This document shows, in pieces, positions 1 to 11,966 of a stretch of DNA of 64,000 nucleotides. Source of the stretch: Octopus sinensis (Eukaryota); contig NC_043008.1 of NCBI RefSeq assembly GCF_006345805.1, positions 11,966,001 through 12,030,000 of the forward strand. The letters are read 5' to 3'. A program made the translations under genes and the position numbers. The notes under the pieces are model-generated. The model was not told the origin of the DNA. It ran no database searches and saw only the letters and a program-made list of their open reading frames with translations. Position 1 is the first letter of the stretch. Each line of letters starts with the position of its first letter.

Positions 1-410
1 GCGTAGGAGTGGCTGTGTGGTAAGTAGCTTGCTTATGAACAACATGGTTCCGGGTTCACTCCCACCGCATGGCACCTTGGGTAAGTGTCTTCTACTATAG
101 CCTCGGGCAGACCAAAGCCTTGCGAGTGGATTTGGTAGGCGGAAGTTAAAAGAAACCCGTCGTATATATGTACATATATGTATGTGTGTGTATATGTTTG
201 TGTGTTTGTGTTTGTCCCCCCAACATCGCTTGGCAACCGATGTTGGTGTGTTTGCGCCCCCGTAACTTAGCGGCTCGGCAAAGGTGACCGATAGAATAAG
301 TACAAGGCTTACAAAGAATAAGTCCTGGCGTCGAATTGCTCGACTGAAAGCGGTGCTCCTGCATGGCCACAGTCAAATGACTGAAACAAATAAAAGAGTT
401 AAAGAGTAAG
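1..410 (+). mobile_element. tRNA-derived SINE family A (CORE-like centre, CR1-like tail)
   Basis: A-box TGGCTGTGTGG and B-box-like GGTTCACTCC; CCTTGGGTAAGTGTCTT CORE-like block; internal (TA)/(TG) tract; tail GCGGTGCTCCTGCATGGCCACAGTCAAATGACTGAAAC; at least 6 homologues in the window. Confidence 0.85.
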
Positions 411-1976
411 TTTAAAATATTCTAGTGGTTGTGATCAATATTGTGGTGCATAGAACTTCCCTCATCGGCTAACGTGGTGTTTTGAGATGCAAACCATGTA
501 TATTTGGGTCGAAATACATAACACAGTATCGATCAGACCATCAGATTCTGTTGTACACAGTTGGTCACAATGCACTTCAAATTCTGTCTTGATTTCTCCA
601 TTTTATTCCAATCTTGACGGAAATTGACTTCGTAAAGCAATTTGAACCAAGATTTGGGTCAAGAAATACTCATACACATTCCTAAATAACATGTCAATAT
701 AAAACCCTTTCCCTTCACTGAGAGGATGGAATATAGGTTAAACATCCAATGTAGTTACCTCTAGTCAGTGTTCCATTATACAAAACGATGCAAATAAAAC
801 TACTTTTTTTATTAAATAATGCGTAAAAAATTGCCTCATAATAAATTCGTGAGCCCATGGCAAACAACGACGTTAATACAAATATCTATTAGAAAAATAA
901 TATAGCGATATCTCATGCAAAAATAATACATTTCTCTATTATATGATTACGAAAAAGGCATGCGGTTGAGCAACAACAACAATAAGAGAAATATAAACAC
1001 GCAAAGTAATTAAAATGTGATAAATATTTGGTAGCGGTTGATTGAATGAATCTGAGATAAGTTGCAAAATGGTATTAAAATGCATAGGAACGTAACACAT
1101 ATATTTAATTTTAAAAATGTTAGAAACTAAGGAAATAAATTTAACTTACAATGTCCTATGGCTACACTGGCAATCGCGAAATCTCCAATTTTTATGTAAA
1201 ATTCGTAGTCGATTGACCTCCTGCTTCTGGGTGAGTTATTCCAGAATTTTCGACGACTTAACGCACAGCAAATTGTCTCGTGATATTGAAATATTTATTA
1301 TATACAGAAATTTGAATGTACATCGTTATTAGGAACATATACAACCACACAAACACACTCGTTCATTCATGTTAGCAGGCATAGACAAGGAGACGCATAG
1401 TCTTAAATATATTCTTCCAAAATATAAGAAAATAACATCTATAGAAAACGAAAAACCCCTCATGCCTACTCATGCTCAAAGCCACCAACACACAGACTTA
1501 TACATGTAACACATTACAAGTAAACCTCATTCACTGGTATATGCCTATAATACTGCGCATAGACATACATCTTCAGAAACCAACACCGATGCATACACAC
1601 GTACATGAAGGAAGCAGAGGATGTTGGCGTAATTATAGAGAAATAGATTCTACCAAAGATCAAGAATCAGATTAATGAACCGGTTTGCCACCAACTAAGC
1701 TTTTTTGTTCCATGGGACACATCATCAAAAAAACAGACATGGGAAGAAATTTTGCTGGGAGCCATTTTTTCTAAATTTATCATTAGAACAAGATCATGAT
1801 GTTGATTGAATTACTACTTAAAAAAGATTTTATAACAGTGTTTTTTTGTTTTTTTGTATACCTTTTTCTTGACCATTAAAAATAGATAAAACTAACGTAT
1901 AAATTATCTTTAATAACGTGATTTAGACTTGAGATTGAGAGAGACTATACTAAATGCCTCAGAGATGTGAATCGAG

Positions 1977-2040
1977 CAGTGGTTCCCAACGTGGTGTCCG
2001 CGGGCCCCTGGTGATCCGCAAAGATAATAATACTGGGGTT
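1977..2040 (+). mobile_element. hAT (Charlie-like) terminal fragment
   Basis: Starts CAGTGGTTCCCAAC, the typical hAT-Charlie TIR start; no matching opposite end found. Confidence 0.35.
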
Positions 2041-2159
2041 CATATGTAGATATATATATACCGGAGTAAACACATAAATGTGAAACAAGGTGGAAAAAAG
2101 AGTACTCAAATACCAGTGGTAGAGTAATATGCTTTATTTAAAGCAGCAGAAAATTCAAC

Positions 2160-2207
2160 AAAACCTTTAACTCTGGGTTTCCCGTTGCCGTTCGTCGGAC
2201 AGTTTTT
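2160..2207 (-). ncRNA. Degenerate variant type I hammerhead ribozyme motif
   Basis: Minus strand reads AAAACUGU-CCGACGA-A-CG-GCAA-CG-G-GAAA-CCCAGAG-UU-AAAGGUUU; same variant core as 10561-10610, with stems I and III partly mutated. Confidence 0.45.
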
Positions 2208-2208
2208 G

Positions 2209-2280
<72 letters not shown>

Positions 2281-2445
2281 AAGATAAGGGTTATGAATGT
2301 AACCTACTATGGGATATCAATTATCCAATATACTGTTAGTAAAGTACCCACATTCTTAATACACAAATATTTTAATTACAATGCAATTAATTCATTTATT
2401 GTATTAAGTGGGTGAAGGTAAAAAAATATTTTTACCGTAAATTTG

Positions 2446-2576
2446 TAATACAAATAAGAAAACGGAGAAACCAATTCAGCTCGTTCATCAACTTACGGAT
2501 ATTACAATGTTACGTAACATTGTAATATCCGTAAGTTGATGAACAAGCTGAATTGGTTTCTCCATTTTCTTATTTG

Positions 2577-2581
<5 letters not shown>
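2446..2581. repeat. Near-perfect 136-bp palindrome (fold-back) followed by (TA)n
   Basis: 68-bp arms, no loop, centre GTTAC|GTAAC, 2 mismatches. Confidence 0.95.
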
Positions 2582-2611
<30 letters not shown>

Positions 2612-2769
2612 ATATATATATATATATATATATACTATATATATATATTATATATATATACGAAAGAAGGTTTGAAAATGCAATTTTAAAAGGTGTTTAT
2701 TCACTTGACCGGTTTCACTGTATTACCATTTTTCACTTTGTTATATAATATATATATATATATATATAT

Positions 2770-3178
2770 TCTCTTATATGTTTAAGTCCAATGACTGTGG
2801 CCATGCTGGAGGACCGCCATTGCAATCATCTTTCCACTTCCCCCTCTGTCGGAGCGGCTTCTGGTGAAGGATGTAGTTCAATGCTACTGCCCTCTTTTGA
2901 GTTTCTTGATTAGATATTGGCTCATCCGGGATCTCGGTGAGCCAGAGGTCAAGTTCACATTTGAAAACGTCTACATCCACTCCATAGAGTCTCCTCAGAT
3001 GCTTCGGCGGACAGTTAAACAGCTGTGGGGCCTTGAAACCCAAGCTATTGAAGTACATCGTCCTTGCCCGAGATGAAGCAGTCAGCACAATGGGGACAGC
3101 ACAGTGACGTCCTGTTTGTGGTGTGGTATAGCTCTTCATTCCAAAGTTTGGTACCAGTCTTTCCAGTATCTTCCATAT
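2770..3178 (-). mobile_element. CR1-group LINE 3' fragment (RT C-terminus plus tail)
   Basis: ORF 2774..3199: IWKILERLVPN...TGRHCAVP...SLGFKAPQLFNCPPKHLRRLYGVDVDVFKCELDLWLTEIPDEP matches the CR1-like ORF2 C-terminal pattern. Confidence 0.8.
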
Positions 3179-3470
3179 ATATATATATATATATATCACT
3201 GCATACCTCTCCTACCTTCGTTCCAGGGAATAGAGTCGCAACTCATATATATATATATATATAAAGCAGTTAAGATTCAAGTGAGTTCTGTTTTCTGGAA
3301 AACTAAGAGGTTTTTAAAAATACTTTTTTAAAACCCGTTATATGACTGTGCAACACTAAAAGAACTTTCAGAAGTCCATTTGTTACCTAATTCTTATTTT
3401 TATAGAACTAACACCAATATTTCAAGAGTGTAACATCACCCGCTTAGATGTTTGGGGAACTCAGATGTTT

Positions 3471-3559
3471 TTTCGGCTGATGAGTACGGGTCACTTATAT
3501 TTACTGCAATATTTGCAGCCTTAATAAAGCTGTCTTCGTACGAAACAATTGTACCGAAA
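3471..3559 (+). ncRNA. Type I hammerhead ribozyme with extended stem II
   Basis: Stem I TTTCGG(3471-76)/CCGAAA(3554-59); core CTGATGA 3477-83; stem II GTACG/CGTAC; GAAA 3542-45; palindromic stem III CAATTG; GUA cleavage triplet ending 3553. Confidence 0.85.
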
Positions 3560-4005
3560 TATTGATCCATTCTTGTTGCTTTTTTCTTATATATATATAT
3601 ATTATATATATAATATATATATATATATTAATATATATATATATATATATATGATTAAATATATATATATGACTAAATAGTCAATAAAAGAAAATGGAGA
3701 AGAAAAATTTAAAAGATGCTTGGCTTGTTTTATTTGAATTATAATTGGAGAAATAATGCAAATTAAGAGGTGAAAAATATACCTATAAGAGTATAATAGT
3801 TACTGTTCCAACTGTAATACAAATAAAGCAAACCAAGCATCTTTTTAAACCTCTTTCTTCTTCATTTTCTTTTATTGACTTCTAAATTTTATTAGACTGT
3901 TTAACATATATATTGATGGCCTTCCTATCAATATATTCGGTTAAACACAGTTGGCGTCAGAATTGTTTCTAACAATCCCTTTGAGGATATTGCTTCCCTA
4001 AATTC

Positions 4006-4035
<30 letters not shown>

Positions 4036-4041
<6 letters not shown>

Positions 4042-4253
4042 CAAAATAAGCAACACGGATATCCAAAAGTAATGCAGTACGATCGTTTCCTGCGACTCCA
4101 TTTAATTAAACAATGCAAGTATTACATCAGTTTTGAAATGTAGAGCAATCTTAAAACTGATGTAATACTTGCATTGTTTAATTAAATGAAGTCGCATGAA
4201 ACTATCGTACTGCATGCATACCTTTGGATATCCGTGTTGTTATTTGGATTATA
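4036..4253. repeat. Fold-back element, ~100-bp arms, adjacent to (TA)n
   Basis: TATAATCAAAATAAGCAACACGGATATCC...CATCAGTTTT is mirrored by AAAACTGATG...GGATATCCGTGTTGTTATTTGGATTATA; short loop. Confidence 0.9.
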
Positions 4254-4410
4254 ATCACCCCATTTTGAATTATATGGATAATACCATACCAAATTCTGGT
4301 GCCTTTAATTTAAGTACCATATTCAACTGAATCTAAATTTTTACTGAACACACACATACACACACACACACACACGCACACACACACACACGCACACACA
4401 CACACACACG

Positions 4411-4460
<50 letters not shown>

Positions 4461-4464
<4 letters not shown>

Positions 4465-4661
4465 CTTTACTACCCACAAGGGGCTAAACACAGAGGAGAC
4501 AAACAAGGACAGACAAACGGATTAAGTCGATTACATCGACCCCAGTGCGTAACTGGTACTTAATTTATCGACCCCGAAAGGATGAAAGGCAAAGTCGACC
4601 TCGGCGGAATTTGAACTGGGAACGTAACGGCAGACGAAATACGGCAACGCATTTCGCCCGG
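4461..4661 (-). mobile_element. tRNA-derived SINE family B (monomer)
   Basis: Reverse complement of the 5429-type element: GAGTTCAAATTCC-like B-box region, CCTTTCATCCTTTCGGGGTCGATAAATTAAGTACCAG centre, GTAGTAAAGAAA tail. Confidence 0.85.
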
Positions 4662-5367
4662 ATAAACATATTCAAAGGGGTCCGTGGTAAAACTCATTTA
4701 AATAAATGGGTTGGGGACCACTGGATTAGAATATTTTGCACTTTTAAACAATTTGCGACAGACGTACAGATAATATGTTTATTTAGAGTGTCTAGACACA
4801 GTAATCAAATATATTTAGGAAAGAGTAACGAGATCTCTTAGTATTCATGACTTATCGAAAGGCCATCAACGTTTTAATTCGAATTATTTCAGTCAAGAAT
4901 TGAAACTGAAGCGGATTAACGGTTTACAAGTATTTAGCGCTTATTCCTCGATGCTATCGGCAACTAAATGATCTAGTTGATAACTATACCGACAAACCCC
5001 AAGACACTAAACAGAAGTTTAATGAAATGCGGGGCTTTATTTGTTTAATGAAATTATAGCTACGTTCCTCTTGAGAAATAATTCTCAAAAATTTTGTATA
5101 ATCACAGAACACAAGTTAAAAACTGGGTTATTTTCCGTTCCGCTTGCATTTGATGTTTCAACAATAATTTGCGGGGGAAATGCATCATAATTTTAAGAGT
5201 GCCTTTTGATATTGTTAAAAAAAAGCACTTTCTGTCACAGAAAGTCATACCATTTCATGTACAGCTTGCAACAAGTTAGCCGGTTGTCCATTGTGCATTG
5301 GCCATTTCAAAACTGAAATCAAGTCACACAGCACGAAAAAGTTTCTCATTCCTAAGGTATTTTTCGA

Positions 5368-5428
<61 letters not shown>

Positions 5429-5429
<1 letters not shown>

Positions 5430-5995
5430 AGGCGGCGAGCTGGCAGAATGGTTAGCATGCCGGGCGAAATGCGCAGCCGTATTTCGTCTGCCGCTACGTT
5501 CTGAGTTCAAATTCCGCCGAGGTCGGCTTTGCCTTTCATCCTTTTGGGGTCGATAAATTAAGTACCACTTACGCACTGGAGTCGACGTAATCGATTTAAT
5601 CCTGTTGTATGTCCTTGTTTGTCCCCTCTGTATTTAGCCCCTTGTGGGTAGTAAAGAAATATGTATTTCGTCTGCCGTTACGTTCTGAGTTTAAATTCCG
5701 CTTTCATCCTTTCGTGGTCGATTAAATAAGTACCAGTTACGCACTGGGGTCGATATAATCGACTTAATCCGTTTGTTTGTCCTTGTTTGTCTTCTCTGTG
5801 TTTAGCCCCTTGTGGGTAGTAAAGAAATAGGTATTTCGTCTGTCTTTACGTTGTGAGTTCAAATTCCGCCGAGGTCCACTTTGCCTTTCATTCTTTCTAG
5901 ATCGATAAATTAAGTACCACTTGCGTACTGGTTGTCGATCTGATCGACTGTCCCAGTTCCCAAAAATTTCTGGCCTTGCGCCTAGAGTAGAAGAA

Positions 5996-5997
<2 letters not shown>
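5429..5997 (+). mobile_element. SINE family B, tandem trimer
   Basis: Head AGGCGGCGAGCTGGCAGAATGGTTAG, then body repeated three times from TATTTCGTCTG; flanked by (TAT)n. The centre resembles the Meta/LF-SINE-type domain (from memory, unverified). Confidence 0.85.
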
Positions 5998-6037
<40 letters not shown>

Positions 6038-8133
6038 CCTAACTGTAGAAGTAATACAAGATAAATTTTAAATTTACTCTAATCGTAACCCAAGCTTACT
6101 ACTAGGACTGAATGAAACTTTTACTCAAGGCTATATACTTTAGGATGTCTGAAATATTTAAGTTAGTTTACCATTTCGTTTCCTTGAATGTGCTTGCAGT
6201 TAATATTACTTGACTCAACAACGTGAAATGTAAAATTCAATTTCTTTATTTCAACTCAAATGCCCTTCTCCATGTCAGAAGCTATTTTAATTATCCTTCC
6301 TTGCAAAGCATTTTAGAACTATAGAATTTTGGTAAATTCACCTTCAGCTTCATCATTACCAGAAATTGTTCTAGCAATCAGGAAATATGCTGAGTAAAAA
6401 AGATACGGCTCACCTCTACTACAAACTTTCATTTGCTTTGTAAATGGTTTCTGTTATTTGATATGAAGTAATCTAAAATTCTGTGGTGAAGTTTACTTCT
6501 TTTTCATTTTTTTATTTCTTTGTTCTTTTCTTCCTTCTTTCTTTATTTCTTTCTTCGTTTTTTGTTTTCGTTATCAAAATTTATTGAATGCCTGATTTGT
6601 TGCTAAACTACCTTTAAAATGTTGAGATCTTTATAGCCAAAGATTTTCATTTTAATGGCTGAATATTTTTTCGATTTATTAAAATACTCGACTAAGACAT
6701 AAAAAAAATATTAAGATGGTGATGATAATAATGATGATGGCGGTGGGATGTTGGTAATGTGGAGTTGGCGACAATAAGACCAGGAGAAGGAGTAGGCGCT
6801 TGGGGAGGAAGAATATTCTCGACTAAAATTACGGTCGGCTTGCTGAACTCTTCATCAATCTTTCGAGTTGAGATCGTGGTACTCTAGAGACAGTGCTTCT
6901 GGAATTTGGACTTCATGTTGCGTATACTGTTAACTGCCGTTTTCTCTCTTCCTCAGCCTTCCCAAATTTTCTAACTAAAGAAACTTTACGTGGTTTGGTT
7001 CCTGTTTCCACACGATTAACAATTGTACAGCCTTCTTGTCGTTAAGAGTTATCAGACCCCTCATGGTTTATCAAACCGTAACACTTGTATGACGAGGATA
7101 AAGACAATCACATATATCACCGTTATTTCCGACACTACTACGCCTAATATTAATGGTGGTAGTTGTAATCCATTGAAATATTGATATTATGGTGTAGAGA
7201 AAATACTTAAAACAATAAGGTTTAAAAGGCATATATTTTTTCGATGAAACACAAAGATGTTTCTAGCATAATCGGATATTGCTCATACACTAATTAAGAC
7301 CAATAAACGTGGTGAATGCATTGGATTAACCATTCAAGATTCTTAACACAGATTTAAGTATTTCATTTATTCCCATAGACAAATATCACATCCAATTTTA
7401 CCTCCTTTATAAAAACAAAAGCTGTTCGAATCATAGCTCACAAGATAGAATATTTAGTGTTACTATCCATCAAGTCCCATATCAGTTTCACCAGAGAAGT
7501 GCTAAAGAGTTATTTCCTAATTTTAAAGGAATTCAAACGGTTTATCTGACATTTTTTTTTTACTTTTGTTTGATGAGAATCCGTCCCAGCATCGGTCAAT
7601 GAATGCATCAGATGATGTTTGGCTTTTGGGACCCTTTCAATGACACCATTCTCTGATATTAATTTCGTCTTAAACATAGTAAGTCTATCAGAGATATCAT
7701 CTCAGGTCAAGATCAAATGCTGCATTAAGTCTAAGGATGACACATAAATGACTAACTATGTACTCTATCTACTCACACAAGCACACTCACACACGCTTCC
7801 ACGGAGTCTTAGCATGCTTTCGGCGGGAAGCTAAAACACAACTATGTATGCAATAGATCAGACCGCTTGTGTATTTCATCGCCTGTGTGGGTCTGATAAA
7901 TTGTATCGAGGACAAATACTGCTGATGAATTATAGACAAATATGTCAGTATAATTACAAATTATGTTGATAAGGAAACAATTGTTCAGTATTGATCTATC
8001 TTTTTGTTGTATTTCGCTTCCCTTACGTTGAAGGTAATGCTGTTTCTGCTGTGGAAAAAAGTCTTCGGTGGCTATACCAGAATAAGGAGCTATTTCTAGC
8101 ACTAGAGTTAGCCACTTATCGTTAACTCTCTTA

Positions 8134-8175
<42 letters not shown>

Positions 8176-8571
8176 ATATATAAGTGGTGGTGTCGGTGGT
8201 GGGGAAGAGGATACGGTTTGCATTATAATGGTTATATCGCTGATGGTGATGTTGCTTATTAGATCACCTGTTTTTAAAAAATTCAATATATCTTCTCCTT
8301 CTCCTTTTAAACACACACACACACACGCAAACACACAAACGCACGTGCGTCTTCCATCACCAGCACCACTACGACCACTAAAGATGATGAATAGTTTCGA
8401 CCGGTTTTTGAACTTTATTGAGTTCTCAAGAAAGTTGTTGAAATCGTTTGATAAATGCCAGGGAAGATAATCAGCCATTCTCTTTATTAATTCAAAGAAA
8501 TCCTGGAGGTATGGAGAACCGGAAGCTAATTTACCAGCCATAAGTGTTAAACACTCTATTTACCATCTGCG

Positions 8572-9762
8572 ACCCGTCGACATTACACACACACAAACAC
8601 ACACACACACACACACACCACACACTCTCACACAGACACACACACTCACACACACGCACACATGCACACACACACACGTACACACACACATGCACACACA
8701 CACACGTACAAATATATAAGGTTGACACTGAGAGATGTAGTAGTGGTCGTGGTGGTGGTGGTGGTGGTGGCGGCGGCGGGGATGATGGTCGTAATGAGGT
8801 AGGATGTGATTTATAACTATTAATTATTGCTGCTGTCACTGCTGTGGCTGCTGCTGCTGCTGTTGCTGCTGTTATTGCAGCTGTTGTTGTTGCTGCTGCT
8901 GCTGTATCGTTAACAGTAGCAGCAACAGTTTCCACATCGCAGGAAGTGGTGGTAGTTGTGCTGTAGTTCATAGTGATTGCACTGATACTTATTGTGGGGT
9001 GGGGGTGGTGACGATGGTGCTGGTGGTTATATGGTAGTGGTGGCAGTACTGGTGGTGGAGATATTGGCGGTGGTAGTTGTGGTGGTGGCAACGGTGATGG
9101 TGGTGATATGGTAGTGGTGGCAGTGATGTTGGTGGTGGTCGTGGTTGTGGTGGTGGTGGTAGTACAAGTGGTGATATGGTAGTGGTGGCAATGATGCTGG
9201 TGGAGATTGTGGTGTTGGTTGTGTTGGTGGTGATGGTACAGGTGGTGATATGGTAGTGGTTGCAGTGCTGGTAGTAGAGATACTGGTGGTGATGATGGTG
9301 ATGGTGGTTATATGGTAGTGGTGGCAGTACTGGTGGTGGAGATATTGGCGGTGGTGGTTGTGGTGGTGGCAACGGTGATGGTGGTGATATGGTAGTGGTG
9401 GCAGTGATGTTGGTGGTGGTCGTGGTTGTGGTGGTGGTGGTAGTACAAGTGGTGATATGGTAGTGGTGGCAGTGATGCTGGTGGAGATTGTGGTGTTGGT
9501 TGTGTTGGTGGTGATGGTACAGGTGGTGATATGGTAGTGGTTGCAGTGCTGGTAGTAGAGATACTGGTGGTGATGATGGTGATGGTGGTGATGGTGGTGA
9601 TGGTGATGATGGCGTTGGTAGCAGTGGTGTGTTGGTAGTAGTGGTGTTGGTGGTGGCGGTGGTAACGAGGGTGCATTTTGCATTTAGCGACAATAGTTAT
9701 ATTTCTGATGGAGATGTTGTTGCTTATGAGATCGCCAATATTAAAGCATTCAATATATTTCC

Positions 9763-9813
<51 letters not shown>

Positions 9814-9890
9814 ACACACACACACACACAGACACACACACAAATACACATACACACACATGCACACACACACACACATGCACGCACACA
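8572..9890. repeat. Compound (CA)n / (GGT)n-rich low-complexity block with 281-bp tandem duplication
   Basis: ATGGTAGTGGTGGCAGTACTGG unit starts at 9031 and again at 9312. Confidence 0.9.
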
Positions 9891-10156
9891 TCTTATTAAC
9901 TCAGCACTTTTGCTTTGCACCTTTGTTTCTCAGAAATAAACGAAATATTTCGCTTCAGGCATTCACCCCTACAAATTTCTGTAGATTTTCAAGAATTTCA
10001 TGCAAATTACTTCTCAGACCTACTTCCTTCTTCTAAACAACTCTCCCTTCTACTCAGAAAATAATCGAACAATCTAGCAACAAAAGCATATTATCTTGAG
10101 TGTGCTTTGCAAGTTAGAATTTTTCCTCGTGCTCACACCACTAAACTTGGCTTACA

Positions 10157-10478
10157 TCTTTATATATAAAAGTCAAGTTGTGTGTCAGTCTCCTACGATT
10201 TAGATTCCTAAATACTCCCACATTTTGCGGTGCAGTTTAACCAAAACCTGGTATCTTATAGTCGTGATTCATATCGAGCCCTTCTTTTTTCCATAATCTT
10301 TTTCCATTTTAATGCATTTTTTTCGGGAAGTAACTCTCTAAAAATGTCTACGATGAGTCAACGATTTAAAAAAAAAATTTTAATGCATTTTTTTGCTATT
10401 TTTTGGCTATAACTCTCTAAAACTGCTTATATAGTTATTTCCCTTACAAACCCGAGCAACGCCGGGTGATACTGCTAG
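10157..10478 (+). mobile_element. Non-autonomous Helitron
   Basis: 5' TC; 3' CTAG; subterminal hairpin ACCCG-AGCAACGC-CGGGT; inserted between A(10156) and T(10479); no TSD. Confidence 0.85.
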
Positions 10479-10560
10479 TTTAATATATATATAAAATATT
10501 TTGTCTCTGTAAAGCGATAAAAAACCAACGTGTAGATTTCAGAACATTTATAAATGCAGG

Positions 10561-10610
10561 GTCTTACAGCTGTTTCCGGGATATTTTATATATATCCCTT
10601 CATCGGAGAC
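10561..10610 (-). ncRNA. Variant type I hammerhead ribozyme
   Basis: GUCU-CCGAUGA-A-GGGAUAU-auauaaa-AUAUCCC-G-GAAA-CAGCUG-UA-AGAC: all three stems intact, palindromic stem III, U4C core variant. Confidence 0.75.
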
Positions 10611-10902
10611 TATGGGAAGATGGTTAAGCAATATTTAATTCAGATAAGATACAAAATAGAGAGTGAGGTGGAGGAATGAAATTAGATGTGAGATATGCAG
10701 GGATATTACATTTGTAGATCCATTATTTAGGCAGAACGGTATACATATAAGACTCCAATACCTTATGAGTAAAATCCAATAGTATTTAAATTTTGGTCAT
10801 TCCAAGTATAGAGTTTATGCAGAGTGTTATTGAATCAAGGGTTTTATTTATGTCTCACTGACACCATTACCTCTCATAACTTCTATAAAATATTTTACAT
10901 AT

Positions 10903-11238
10903 GTGCGTGTGTTTGTGCGGTAAGTAGCTTGCTTACCAGCCACATGGTTCTGGGTTCAGTCCCACTGCGCGGAACCTTGGGCAAGTGTCTTCTACTCTAG
11001 TCTCGGGCCGACCAAAGCCTTGTGAGTGGATTTGGTGGACGGAAACTGAAATATGTCCGTGGTGTGTGTGTGGTTTTGTGTGTCTATGTTTAGGTTCCGT
11101 CACCTAGCGGTTCAGCAAAAGAGACCGATAAAATAAGTACAAGACTTACAAAGAATAAGTCCTGGGATCGATCTGTTCCACTAAAAATCAGCGCTCCAGC
11201 ATGGTCGCTGTCAAATGACTGAAACAAATAAAAGAATA
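10903..11238 (+). mobile_element. SINE family A
   Basis: Homologous to 1-410. Confidence 0.85.
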
Positions 11239-11912
11239 TGCGCGTGTGTTTGTGTGTGTATGTACGTCTGTCTGCGCGTATAAGTATGTGTGTGCATGTG
11301 CCTCTATATGTGAATTACGTGTGTTCTGCGAAGATTACAAATACCGTAGTAATAAATATGAAACTAACTACTCGGTATATATTTTATCGTCTACAAGAAA
11401 CAGTACCTTATTTCTTTCAAGGCAGCCCTGGCCATTAAACACACTCTGATATATGATATTCCATTAGAGAGTGTTGCATACGATATTCACGATGACTAGA
11501 CCTTAGATCTGACAATCATAACTATTGATAACAGATCGATTTTATCACACTTCGCATGGAAAGAGCAAAGGCGTAGTCAGGCATGGAGAAACACTATAGG
11601 AATATGTTTGTAAAACAGCATATCTTGTTGTCTATATATCAACCGAGTGAGCAGTGTTATCTGAAATTTTGGATCGATTTATCTGCATCGATTCCGTTGC
11701 AGTGATTGAGACCAGGTTGCTGGTGCCAGACAAAGTTCTCCCTTCATCCTTAAAATCGTGAAGATCTTGAACTCAATCCATCACTACACTACACTTGCTT
11801 TAATATGATATTTAAAAAGAAATGGAAACTAAACACACACACACACTCACACACAGACACATTAATATTCTCATATTTTGAATTCTATTTTTCGTCTTTG
11901 TATCAGCATACC

Positions 11913-11966
<54 letters not shown>

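Noticed and set aside
1150-1290. Minus-strand open frame with YIKIGDFAIA (kinase DFG-like) ending at a gtaagt donor
   Set aside because: No other kinase motifs, weak acceptor, and DFA rather than DFG; probably chance
6342-6389. 48-nt minus-strand phase 1-1 exon candidate (YFLIARTISGNDEAE)
   Set aside because: Good acceptor, but too short to distinguish from chance and not linkable to the other candidate exons
7923-7965. CTGATGA followed by a hairpin
   Set aside because: No GAAA or stem III, so not a hammerhead
8137-8541. 134-aa ORF with a non-repetitive N-terminal half
   Set aside because: No recognisable family, no good donor, and it runs into microsatellite
8531-9693. Long His/Pro/Thr-rich ORFs (up to 234 aa)
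   Set aside because: Translations of (GGT)n/(CA)n repeats, open in several frames at once, with no domain motifs
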